DNA of 64,000 nucleotides from an uncultured Armatimonadetes bacterium (lineage in GTDB: Bacteria; Armatimonadota; Hebobacteria; Hebobacterales; Hebobacteraceae): positions 2,848,001-2,912,000 of the forward strand of contig OY970296.1 of the NCBI GenBank assembly GCA_963716175.1, written 5' to 3'. Both the position numbers and the translations under genes were made by a program. Positions 1 through 8,447 of the stretch are shown here, piece after piece. Each line of letters starts with the position of its first letter. Position 1 is the first letter of the stretch. The notes beneath the pieces are model-generated. The model did not search any database. It was given only the letters and a program-made list of their open reading frames with translations, and was not told where the DNA came from.

Positions 1-2
1 TC

Positions 3-713
3 CTGGCAAGTGGCCGCTGTTGCTTCGAGATGGCGCCACTGCTGGGGGCGCGGGCGCGCATCGCGGCCGAGCCGGAGCCGCAGGCCCTTTCCCATCTCTC
101 GGATGAGGAGGGGAATCCCATCAGCCTGTCACCGGCGCGGCTGCTGGTGTGGCGCCAGCCGGAGCAGGGGAAGGAGTATGTGATCGGTGCCGATGTGGGG
201 GAGGGCCTGGCCCATGGCGATCCCTCCGCCGCCTGTGTGCTGGACAGGGAGACAGGGGAGCAGGTGGCGGAGCTGCACGGGCGCATTGCCCCGGGGAGGT
301 TCGCCCGGTTGCTGGCGGCGCTCGGGATGCTCTACCTTGGGGCGGAGCTGGCGGTGGAGTCCAACAACCACGGCCATGCCACCCTGGACGCGCTCCACAA
401 CACCCTCAACTACTCGCCCCTGCACCGCTACCGGCGCTATGACCAATCGGGGCTGGCCGGGGAGGCGCTGGGCTGGCCCACCAACGCCCGCACCAAGCCG
501 CTGATGATCGACGAGCTGGCGGAGGCAATTGCGGAGGGGCACCTGCTGATCCATTCAGAGGGGCTGGTGGATGAATGTCTCACCTTCATCACCACCGACA
601 GCGGATCGCGGGAAGCCCAGCCCGGCAAACACGATGACCGGGTGATGGCAGCAGCCATCGCCTGGCAGGTGAGAAAGCGACCGTGGCCTCAGGTGTGGGG
701 CTTTCAGGTGTAG
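3..713 (+). CDS. Phage terminase large subunit, C-terminal nuclease part (5'-truncated by window edge)
   Basis: RNase H-like TerL motifs YVIGADVGEG, ESNNHG, GWPT, HDDRVMA. The frame is open to position 3 (LASGRCCF) and aligns with the full paralog at 32631-34220. Confidence 0.85.
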   Translation: MASGRCCFEMAPLLGARARIAAEPEPQALSHLSDEEGNPISLSPARLLVWRQPEQGKEYVIGADVGEGLAHGDPSAACVLDRETGEQVAELHGRIAPGRFARLLAALGMLYLGAELAVESNNHGHATLDALHNTLNYSPLHRYRRYDQSGLAGEALGWPTNARTKPLMIDELAEAIAEGHLLIHSEGLVDECLTFITTDSGSREAQPGKHDDRVMAAAIAWQVRKRPWPQVWGFQV

Positions 714-739
714 CCGCCAGCGGCGGGAAGTGCCGACCC

Positions 740-767
740 CGCGCGTGCCCGGCAATGGGCACGCGCG
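740..767 (+). terminator. 11-bp GC hairpin downstream of terL (terminator/REP-like)
   Basis: CGCGCGTGCCC-ggcaat-GGGCACGCGCG; only a weak T-tract follows. Confidence 0.45.
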
Positions 768-768
768 C

Positions 769-885
769 TTGTGGCGTCAGAAGATGCTATACCCTCTGCC
801 AAGCGGCCTGGGCCCGAACCGGCGTTTGTGGCGCGAGAAGATGCTATGGCATTTGTCAAGCGGCCTGAGGCACCGAACTGCGTGT
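769..885. repeat. Imperfect 57-bp tandem duplication spanning the IS110 right end and flank
   Basis: TTGTGGCG..AGAAGATGCTAT........CAAGCGGCCTG at 769 and again at 826. Confidence 0.8.
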
Positions 886-2055
886 CATGAGATGGTTGGC
901 TTCGTAGTCCGGATCAAAGGGCCGGCCCGTCTTGAGGAGGGCGAAGATGATCCGGAGCAGCTTGCTCATGCAGGCGATGATTGCTGCCTTGGGACGCTTG
1001 CCCTCGGCCAGTTTCCGAAGGTAGTACTGTCGCAGGACGGGGTTGCGATTGCGTACCGAGAGGGCGGCCAGGCAGAGGGCATGACGCAGGGCAGCAGGCC
1101 CACACTTGGATAGCTTGACCTTCCCCGCGAAGCGCCCTGACTGCCGGAACCGGGGATTGAGGCCAGCGAAAGCGATTGCTCGGGTGTCCGTATCCAGCTG
1201 CTCGACGGGGAGCTCAGCCAGGATCACTGGGACGGTGGCGGCGCCCAGGCCCTCGATGGTGAAGAGCAGATTCCCCTGCACTTGCTCCGCGATGGTGTTC
1301 TCCAGCGCCGCGAGACTGCGCTGCAGCTGGCGGATCGCCGCCACCAGCTGCCGCACCACCACGGCGTCGGTTGTGGTACCTTGCTCTCCTGGGATCGATC
1401 TGGCTGACGCCACCAGACGGTCGGCCCGCAGCTTTCCCACCCGGCGGGTGTTCGCTTTCAGCTGTGCCGCTCTGTCTGGCCGCGCCCGTGCCAGCATGCC
1501 TCCGGTGGGGTATCGATCGAGCACCGCCAACGCGCCGTAGCAGTCAAGGCGGTAGAACCCGCGCTCCACACTGGGGTTGACGCGCTCCAGCAAGCTGTGG
1601 AGCAGGTTCACCTGAGCCACCAGACTCGTCAGCAACGTGTGGCGGCTGCGAGTGAGCCGGGCCAGAGCTGCTTGCTCTGCAGCCACCGTTGCGCGAGGTC
1701 GGAGGGCTCGGCAGTAGCGAGCCAAGACGACGGCATCCACCCGATCGGTCTTCGTGCGCGCCATCAACACCTTGGCGAAGTGATGGCTGGAGCGAGCATT
1801 GACCACGCTCACCGTAAAGCCGGGCCGGGAGCGCAGGAACGCTGCCAGCCGGTGACCGTAGTTGCCGGTGGCTTCCAGGCAGACATGCAGCTCGCGGCCG
1901 TCGGGCAGCTTCGCCAGTGTGGTCAGCAGGCTCTCATAGCCAGCCGCATCATCGGTGAATTCGAAATCCTTCGTCCGCAGCTCGCCGTCTCCGTCCACCA
2001 CCGCCGCCATATGGCGGCCCTTGCTCACGTCGATCCCCACGAAGTACTGGCGCAT
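856..2055 (-). CDS. IS110 family transposase (DEDD recombinase)
   Basis: VGIDVSK, CLEATGNY, KTDRVDA, AGLNPRFRQSG motifs; ATG at 2055 preceded by GGAGGCAAGGAGA. Confidence 0.95.
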   Translation of the reverse strand: MRQYFVGIDVSKGRHMAAVVDGDGELRTKDFEFTDDAAGYESLLTTLAKLPDGRELHVCLEATGNYGHRLAAFLRSRPGFTVSVVNARSSHHFAKVLMARTKTDRVDAVVLARYCRALRPRATVAAEQAALARLTRSRHTLLTSLVAQVNLLHSLLERVNPSVERGFYRLDCYGALAVLDRYPTGGMLARARPDRAAQLKANTRRVGKLRADRLVASARSIPGEQGTTTDAVVVRQLVAAIRQLQRSLAALENTIAEQVQGNLLFTIEGLGAATVPVILAELPVEQLDTDTRAIAFAGLNPRFRQSGRFAGKVKLSKCGPAALRHALCLAALSVRNRNPVLRQYYLRKLAEGKRPKAAIIACMSKLLRIIFALLKTGRPFDPDYEANHLMTRSSVPQAA

Positions 2056-2099
2056 TCTCCTTGCCTCCACTATCATGGACGTGCGGTGGCCGGGGCCTC

Positions 2100-2300
2100 C
2101 TGGCTGCTCAGTCCTAACCCTCACTCGGCTCAATGTGTGGTCGTCTGCCACAAGATGCTTGATCTGGGCTTGAGGCTGGGCCGGGAGCGACGTTCTTCTC
2201 GGTTGGGTCAAGGCCCGAGTCGGAATAGTGTCGTCTCCCGGCTCACCGCCTCCCCCAACTTGCCTAACGGCCACTCCCCAATCCTGCATGAAGCCACCAC
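2100..2300 (-). ncRNA. Putative IS110 bridge RNA in the left non-coding end
   Basis: Target loop closed by GCCGGGAG-ACGAC/GTCG-CTCCCGGC with guides ATTCCGACT and CGAGAAG. Donor loop has AGCATCT and inner stem TGTGG/CCACA. Guides match the flanks and ends; boundaries approximate. Confidence 0.75.
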
Positions 2301-2476
2301 CATCCATGATACGAGTCGGATTCGCGCGGCCGGCGATGCCGAAGTGATACTCTCGGGGTGATCTTACCGTGGGCTGACAGGCATAGGTTGCTTTGCCACC
2401 GGGATGGACGGTCGCGGAGAAGGCTCTCGACCGAGGTCCGTCTGCTGCTGCGGTGGGCCGCTGTCGATCGCTGCGG

Positions 2477-4057
2477 CTAGTGAAGAGAGAAACCGGGTGC
2501 CGCCCGCGACGACACCGGGTTCAGAATATGAGGCGATTCTGTGGACTGGCCCGACCGCGCGTCGAAGTCTGCCAGTTCGCCATGTTCCCAGAGGTCGGTC
2601 AGCGCTTCCACGACAGTGGGATCGAACTGGGTGCCAGCCAGAGCCTGGATCTGCAGAACTGCTGCCAGAGGGATTGCCCCGCGCCGGTAAGGCCGGTTGG
2701 AGACGATGGCGTGGAAAGCATCTGCCACGGTAACCACGCGCGCCAGGAGGGGTATCTCCTCACCTTTCAGCCCGTCCGGATAGCCGCTGCCATCCCACCA
2801 CTCGTGGTGGCTGCGGATCATGGCGAGGGCCGAGGGACCAGGATTCAGGGGCTGGACAATGTCCTGGCCGATCAGCGTGTGCTGGTGGCAGGTATCAAGC
2901 TCTTCCTCCGTCAGAGGCCCCCGCTTCAGGAGCACGGCATCAGCGATCCCGATCTTGCCCAGATCGTGCAGAGGGCAGTAGGCCTCCAGGGCCTCGGCGG
3001 CACGCTCTCCCAGACCGAGCCTCTCGGCCAAGCGGAGCGCCAGCCAGGTGACGGCCTCCCCGTGGGCGGCGCTGTAGAAATCGCGGGCGGCGAGCGAACG
3101 CACCAGCGCGTGTAGGGTTCTGAAATAGGATTGCCTCAACTGCTGGTGAAGCTCCGCGCTCTCGATGGCTTTGCTGGCCATGTTGGCCAGGGTGGTGAGC
3201 AGGTTCAGGTCCTCGGTATCGAAGGTCGCCTGTCGGGTCGCTGCCAGGGAGCCGCTCACGACATCGGAGACCTTCATCGGGGCGGAGATAGTGGCGCGGA
3301 TCTGATCCCAGGTTCGCAGTCGGTGCCCGATCTCGGGTGCGTCATGCAGACAGCGGGGCGACGGGCCTGTCTTGGCCGCAGCCTTGGCGGCCGCAACCGG
3401 GTCGTCGGGACCTCCGTCGCTTGGGCCGAGCAGGCCCGCGCTGCGCGTGTGAATGCACTCGCCTTTCGAGTTGTCCAGCAGCACGAGCGAGGCGGCATCG
3501 GCCTGCACCTGGGCTACCAGGGCCTCCACTACCAGCTCCGAGATGCGCTCGATATCTAGTGTCCCGGCCAGATGAACGCTGGTTTCGCAGAGCTTGTTGA
3601 GGCGGCTGATCCGGGCATCGAGGGCCCGGGCAGTGTCGTGGAGTTGGTCGATCAGGCTGCGGTTCTGGGCGCGCTGCTCGCGTTCCTTATCGGCGAAATA
3701 GGCAACGGTGCAAGCGAGAAATGCCAGCAGGCCGATGAGCAGCAGCGGCTCGGAGTAGTCGGCCGTCGTGATCTCCTGCCCATAGGCGACCAGGAGCACG
3801 AAAGCCAGGCCCAGCACCCCCACCAAGCAGAGGGCCACCCATAGGAGCTGCTGCCTGCGCCGGTCCGGGGTGTAATCCCCCTGCCGGGCCAGCGACATCA
3901 GGCCTGCCAGGCTGTCTTGTGCAGCGCCCAACTCTGCCCCCCTTTCACCGGTGGCCGCGGGAGCGCCCACCTGGCCGCTCCAAGGAGCAGGCGACCGACG
4001 ATCTCGCCAGAGCTGGTCCCGGACAGGCGGTTCTATGCCCTTGTGGCGTACCCGCAC
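2477..4057 (-). CDS. Membrane-anchored GAF + HD-GYP phosphodiesterase (start uncertain, possibly 3898)
   Basis: Two TM segments, GAF-like region, HDLGK and HHEWWDGSGYPDGL motifs. Confidence 0.9.
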   Translation of the reverse strand: MRVRHKGIEPPVRDQLWRDRRSPAPWSGQVGAPAATGERGAELGAAQDSLAGLMSLARQGDYTPDRRRQQLLWVALCLVGVLGLAFVLLVAYGQEITTADYSEPLLLIGLLAFLACTVAYFADKEREQRAQNRSLIDQLHDTARALDARISRLNKLCETSVHLAGTLDIERISELVVEALVAQVQADAASLVLLDNSKGECIHTRSAGLLGPSDGGPDDPVAAAKAAAKTGPSPRCLHDAPEIGHRLRTWDQIRATISAPMKVSDVVSGSLAATRQATFDTEDLNLLTTLANMASKAIESAELHQQLRQSYFRTLHALVRSLAARDFYSAAHGEAVTWLALRLAERLGLGERAAEALEAYCPLHDLGKIGIADAVLLKRGPLTEEELDTCHQHTLIGQDIVQPLNPGPSALAMIRSHHEWWDGSGYPDGLKGEEIPLLARVVTVADAFHAIVSNRPYRRGAIPLAAVLQIQALAGTQFDPTVVEALTDLWEHGELADFDARSGQSTESPHILNPVSSRAAPGFSLH

Positions 4058-4110
4058 TCCGCGAGAGAGTCGCTTCCGTCAGTGTGGCCTTCGCGCGGCA
4101 GTCCGGAATG

Positions 4111-4145
4111 AGATTGGACGCCCAGCGAGACTGGGCGTCCAATCT
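4111..4145. repeat. Perfect 15-bp inverted repeat upstream of the HD-GYP gene
   Basis: AGATTGGACGCCCAG-cgaga-CTGGGCGTCCAATCT. Confidence 0.8.
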
Positions 4146-4980
4146 TCGCGCGAGAGCAAGCAGTCTTACCGACACATATCTTATTCCATAGCTCACACCT
4201 AATGTATAAACGGCCGTATATTGCGGAGTCATCTCGTGACTGGCGCACTACTTCGGGGCCCCCTGGGAGTACCGCGTCAACGTCAGACCGCACGCAGCTG
4301 TCGGGCGCCGCCGAGACCCCTCGTGGCGGTCAAGAGGTGGCCAGGATCTCCTGGCAAGGCAGGGGGTCTGACTAGCCCCGTCGCATAGATCACTGCGTGG
4401 ACGCGGCGCTAAGCCGAGACGCCAGGGGCGTTGCGACATTGCTCCCGGCTGGCGCTGCTACCCTCACGACGGCCTCATCGGTAGCCAACAGGCATAGCCG
4501 GCTCCAGGGCGAGATGACTAGTACACTTGGTTTGCTTCGGAATCCGCGCGCGGTTTGGATCGGAATCAGTGTTCAGTTTCCCCCGGAATATCCAGAAGTA
4601 TCCAGATCTCGCCGAGCGCTATGCCCCTCGTTCAGCGGAGACAGGCGCCCCTTCTACAGGTCTCGACTGGAGTGCGGCGGCGATGACGGCAGTTGTCATC
4701 CTGGGCGAGGAGTGCAGACTGGTCGCGTAGAGACTCTGCACAGCGGCCGCAGACTGGCCGCCGTATGCCGCATGGAGGAGGACAGGTGGAGGCAGGTTCA
4801 GGAGTCCTGCTGCGCAGCCAGAAGTGTGGCGCGCTGTCAGGCCGCAGGGGCTGGACTAGCTCCCGCCGGTCGACACCAGGGTGTGCGGCACATGGCCAAT
4901 AGCCTGTCGAGTTGCTGCATCACGTGTGGTATATACATAGTGTAAGGGTTACGGAAGCATTCCAGTAGGAAAGGCAATCC

Positions 4981-5409
4981 ATGAACCGGCTCAAGAAAAC
5001 TCGAGGTCGGCCCAATATAGTGGGCATTGATAAAGGAGTCGGCCCGCTGGAGGCGCAGGTGATGCGGGCGATCTCCACACTCCCTCTGCCTGTTTCGGTT
5101 CGCGACGTTTGCGACGCCCTGGCCAAGGACGGGTACTTCGCTTACCAAGGCGTGCTGAACTGCATGAACCGCCTGGTGCGTAAGGGCATCCTGGAGCGCA
5201 CCAAGCATGGCAACCTATTCCAGTACCGCCCCCTGGTGAGTGCCGAGGAATTGTCCGCCCAAGTGGTCACCAACGTGCTAGATCACATGGGCGGAGAGCT
5301 CGACCGGGTGATCTGCCGGGTGCTCGATCTGGATCCAGATGTCGGGGCCGAGCAACTTGCCGAGTTGAGGCGCAGAGTGCAGGCCATGTCTCACCGAAAG
5401 AAGAGATGA
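4981..5409 (+). CDS. BlaI/MecI/CopY family transcriptional repressor
   Basis: GPLEAQVM...SVRDV...MNRLVRKGILERTK...FQYRP winged helix; RBS GGAAAGG; adjacent to an M56 gene. Confidence 0.9.
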   Translation: MNRLKKTRGRPNIVGIDKGVGPLEAQVMRAISTLPLPVSVRDVCDALAKDGYFAYQGVLNCMNRLVRKGILERTKHGNLFQYRPLVSAEELSAQVVTNVLDHMGGELDRVICRVLDLDPDVGAEQLAELRRRVQAMSHRKKR

Positions 5410-5413
5410 CCAC

Positions 5414-6493
5414 GTGTCGGTCTGGCAGTTGGTGACAGACCTGGTGGGACAGCATCTCATCCCCGCGCTTCTTGCCTCGGCTGCTATCTACCTGGCGCTA
5501 CGCCTGCTGTTTGCTGTCGGGCGACTCCGGAGGCCTCGCGACCAGGTGGTCTTCCTCCAGGCCTGCATGCTGAAGGCGCTGCTGGCTCTCTGGGCAGGAG
5601 CCAGCGTCTCCTGTTTGGCTAAAGGTGCCCCACTGTTCGGCTACTTCGCCGTTCGCCTGCCTAGCCCCTTACCGGATAGTCTGCCACTGGAATCCCGGAA
5701 GCTGGCAGCGGCATTGACCGATTCGACCCTCGCGGTGCCTGTGCTAGTAGTAGTGCTGATGCTGGCAGGGGGGTTGCTGTGTTACCGCTGGCTGCGCTTG
5801 GCTCCGGTCTACCGTGGTGTCTACACAACCCGGATGGCGGACCCGGCAGCATTTCGAGAGCTGGTCCGCCTTTTCGAAGATCTGGTGGCAAGGGCGTACC
5901 AGAGATGCCATTGGCTTCCACGCCCCAGGCTGATGCTGGTTGAGGAGGCGCCCTGTCCTGCCTTCACCATGGGCGTCCGCCCTCCCATCATCGTGCTGTC
6001 GGCCGCACTGGCTCAACGCCTCGGGCCGCGCGAACTCGCGGGGGTCCTCGCCCATGAGATCGCGCACGCCCGTCGGCTTGACTATCTCGGAAGATGGTTC
6101 GCTACAGTGCTGCGGGACATCATGATCTGGAACCCCTTCGTAGTGGCCTGGTACGAGCAATTGCTGCAGCGGCAGGAAGAGGCCAGTGACGACCACGCGG
6201 CCGAGCTGCTCGATGATCCAGTTGCGGTGGCAAGCGCCCTGGTGGAGGTCGGTGCATACGGACGGCACCGCCCTGCGATCTCGATGGGCCCATTGGCGGT
6301 CTGGCGAATGGGGAAGGATGTGCGGAGACTCAAGGAGCGACTGGATCGTCTCGAGCAGAGAGTGCTGGGGCTCTGCCTCCCCCGGTGGCCATCGTGCCTG
6401 CTGTACTCCGTTGTCGCGGTTTTCCTTGTGGCTCAGCCCTACGTGGGTCTGTCGCTCCCGAATCTGCTCCTGCTGTTGATGGTCGCCCACTGA
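5414..6493 (+). CDS. M56 (BlaR1/MecR1-like) membrane metallopeptidase without a penicillin-binding domain
   Basis: TM helices, PAFTMG..PIIVL, HEIAH (HExxH), WNPF, QEEASD. Confidence 0.9.
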   Translation: MSVWQLVTDLVGQHLIPALLASAAIYLALRLLFAVGRLRRPRDQVVFLQACMLKALLALWAGASVSCLAKGAPLFGYFAVRLPSPLPDSLPLESRKLAAALTDSTLAVPVLVVVLMLAGGLLCYRWLRLAPVYRGVYTTRMADPAAFRELVRLFEDLVARAYQRCHWLPRPRLMLVEEAPCPAFTMGVRPPIIVLSAALAQRLGPRELAGVLAHEIAHARRLDYLGRWFATVLRDIMIWNPFVVAWYEQLLQRQEEASDDHAAELLDDPVAVASALVEVGAYGRHRPAISMGPLAVWRMGKDVRRLKERLDRLEQRVLGLCLPRWPSCLLYSVVAVFLVAQPYVGLSLPNLLLLLMVAH

Positions 6494-6544
6494 GACGGCT
6501 CCAGGCCTCACGCTAAGCCTCTACGAGAGAGGTGCCTCGACCCC

Positions 6545-6573
6545 TTGACAGGATGTGCCGGCCCCGCTATGAT
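6545..6573 (+). promoter_or_regulatory. sigma70-type promoter for the precursor/rSAM operon
   Basis: TTGACA (6545-6550), 17 bp, TATGAT (6568-6573). Confidence 0.8.
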
Positions 6574-6594
6574 ATATCAGCTGGCGTATATATC
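6571..6594. promoter_or_regulatory. Palindromic operator candidate overlapping -10/TSS
   Basis: GATATAT-N10-ATATATC. 6576-6592 matches 4919-4935, upstream of the blaI-like gene, at 13/17. Confidence 0.5.
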
Positions 6595-6620
6595 TCAGTA
6601 TCCATAAGAGGCGGAAGACC

Positions 6621-6779
6621 ATGACAGCATTGAACCAGACGGCTGAGCTATGGACCAGTCAGCTCCTGCACCTTGCTGCGGCAGGGACGCTGCCGGGCGC
6701 AGGTGAGGCAGGCTCCGACCAGCCCGGGCCCGCCTGCTGCTACCTGCTCTGTCACATCTGCTGTTGGGTTGTCTGCTGA
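6621..6779 (+). CDS. Putative RiPP precursor peptide, 52 aa: MTALNQTAELWTSQLLHLAAAGTLPGAGEAGSDQPGPACCYLLCHICCWVVC
   Basis: Hand-translated, below the ORF-track cutoff. GAGG/GGAAG RBS, consensus promoter upstream, six Cys in the last 14 aa, directly before a SPASM enzyme. Confidence 0.85.
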   Translation: MTALNQTAELWTSQLLHLAAAGTLPGAGEAGSDQPGPACCYLLCHICCWVVC

Positions 6780-6807
6780 CTCGGAGGTTCCGGAACCCGG
6801 GAATCGG

Positions 6808-8202
6808 ATGCACCTTACGCGGCTCGCCAGTCTTCATCGGTTGAGTTCAGACGCGAGCCTACTGGTCAACGCCCTGTCGGGCGCGGTAGACTTGGTCAAC
6901 AACGCCATCAGGACCAAGCTACTGCAGATCAGCCTTGGTCAGCAACCGGCTCTTCCCGAACATGACCGCCAGGCCCTAACGGAGCGTGGTTACCTGTTTG
7001 AGAGCGAGGAGGCGGAGCGATCGACCTTGCAGGAAATGTACCGCGCCTATCAGCAGGCGACGGCCTCTCGACCCTTGCAGTTGGTTGTGTGTCCCACCTA
7101 TGGCTGCAACCTGGCCTGTAGCTACTGCTTTCAGGCCGCCGACATGCGGGCCAGACCTGAGGTGATGACAGAACGTCAGGTGCAGGACCTATTCGTCGCC
7201 TTGCCACACCTTCTCGCGTCCAGGCCGAGCAAGTCCTCCCAGATCGTGCTCTTTGGGGGAGAGCCTCTGCTGCCCGCTACGGAGCTGGCGGTGGCCGCAA
7301 TCTTGGCAAGGGCAGAGGCCAGTGGCAGTAAGGTCCAGATCGTCACGAATGGCTTCCACTTGGAGCGATTCGCCGCCCTGCTGAAGCGGCACCGAGCGAT
7401 TCTCCAAGGCGTGCAGATCACTCTGGATGGGCCAGCAGCTGTCCATGACACGCGCCGCAAGCGTACCAACGGGCAGGGCTCGTTCGAGAGAGTGGTGCGA
7501 GCGGTCGGGATCTGCCTAGACCTGGGCCTGGGCGTCAACCTGAGAGTCAACTTGGATGCCCAGAATCTCGGTTCGCTGGAAGAGCTGGTTCAGTTGCTGC
7601 AGGAGCAGGGCTGGATCGGCCGCGAACGGTTCCGGTGCCAACTCGCGCCTGTAACCGACCACTTGGGTACGAGCACCTACCCTTTCCTGATGAGGGAAGA
7701 CGAACTAGTGGAGCCGGTGCTGGGGCTGTGGCGTCGCCGGCCTGAACTCAGGGACGCGCTTGATTTCCAGCTGTTCCGCGTGCTTCACCATCTGATCGCG
7801 GTGATGGAGCCCGGGCAGAGGGCGAGAACGTTCCCCCGGTTCCATTACTGCGAGGCCGCTCGCGGTGAGATGCTTGCCTTCGGCCCCGACGGACTGGTCT
7901 ACGTTTGCCCGGAGTCAATGGGGACGGCGCGCTGGGCAATCGGCACCTACTCCCCGCGCTACCGCCTGTGGTCTCGACGGCTGCGTCAGTGGGAGGCAAG
8001 AAGCGTGCTGGATCTGCCCGAGTGCCAGGACTGCACCCTGGCTACCTTCTGTGGCGGCGGATGCGCCTATGCCGCGCTGCGGCGGTTCGGCAGCCCGGGG
8101 CATGGTATGTGTGAGGGAGCACCGGAGGTGACGAGGGCTTACATAGGGTTGTTGGGAGAACGGATGAGCCGATCAGGCTTGCCGAAAGCGGCTACCGCTT
8201 AG
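6808..8202 (+). CDS. Radical SAM/SPASM peptide maturase with N-terminal RRE-like domain
   Basis: LLVNALSGAVD-type N-domain, CNLACSYC, FGGEP, and SPASM Cys set C..YVC..CQDC..FCGGGC..C. The ATG at 6808 is preferred because the longer ORF overlaps the precursor. Confidence 0.9.
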   Translation: MHLTRLASLHRLSSDASLLVNALSGAVDLVNNAIRTKLLQISLGQQPALPEHDRQALTERGYLFESEEAERSTLQEMYRAYQQATASRPLQLVVCPTYGCNLACSYCFQAADMRARPEVMTERQVQDLFVALPHLLASRPSKSSQIVLFGGEPLLPATELAVAAILARAEASGSKVQIVTNGFHLERFAALLKRHRAILQGVQITLDGPAAVHDTRRKRTNGQGSFERVVRAVGICLDLGLGVNLRVNLDAQNLGSLEELVQLLQEQGWIGRERFRCQLAPVTDHLGTSTYPFLMREDELVEPVLGLWRRRPELRDALDFQLFRVLHHLIAVMEPGQRARTFPRFHYCEAARGEMLAFGPDGLVYVCPESMGTARWAIGTYSPRYRLWSRRLRQWEARSVLDLPECQDCTLATFCGGGCAYAALRRFGSPGHGMCEGAPEVTRAYIGLLGERMSRSGLPKAATA

Positions 8203-8303
8203 CCTCCTTAGTTGATGGAGCTCAGTTTCTGCCTTGCTTCTCAGCGGGACCTGCTCAAGGCCGGTTTGGCCTAGGAGTTCGGGGTGCCAGGAAGGACAAG
8301 CGA

Positions 8304-8447
8304 ATGATGGCAGATGCTGCCAGCACAAGTTCTGCGGCCTGTCCTACACCTTCCGAGGATCTGGACTGGCGGCCTGAAGCACTTGTTCGTGGCTGCGCTA
8401 CGACGACCTGCCAACTGCCGGCGAGAGTTCATGGCCGTGGATGCTGA
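8304..8447 (+). CDS. Possible second small Cys-containing peptide, 47 aa
   Basis: MMADAASTSSAACPTPSEDLDWRPEALVRGCATTTCQLPARVHGRGC, with AGGAAGGA RBS; overlaps the start of rSAM2. Confidence 0.35.
   Translation: MMADAASTSSAACPTPSEDLDWRPEALVRGCATTTCQLPARVHGRGC

Larger units (their letters stand above)
839..2315 (-). mobile_element. IS110-family element, complete (CT core at both ends)
   Basis: Core reads AG on the + strand at 839-840 and 2314-2315. The right end carries TTGACA and the left end TATCAT; joined through the core they give a 17-bp spacer. Confidence 0.85.

Noticed and set aside
4397-4945. ORF ending SCCITCGIYIV as another precursor
   Set aside because: No clear RBS or coding signature, and the Cys-rich end overlaps the probable blaI promoter/operator.
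6673-6807. N-terminal extension of rSAM1 given by the ORF track
   Set aside because: It overlaps the better-supported precursor ORF in another frame, and the TTG start has no RBS.
6777-6810. Selenocysteine read-through of the precursor TGA
   Set aside because: A GGTTCCGGAACC palindrome follows, but no recognisable SECIS; read-through would run out of frame into rSAM1 and break the repeat pattern.
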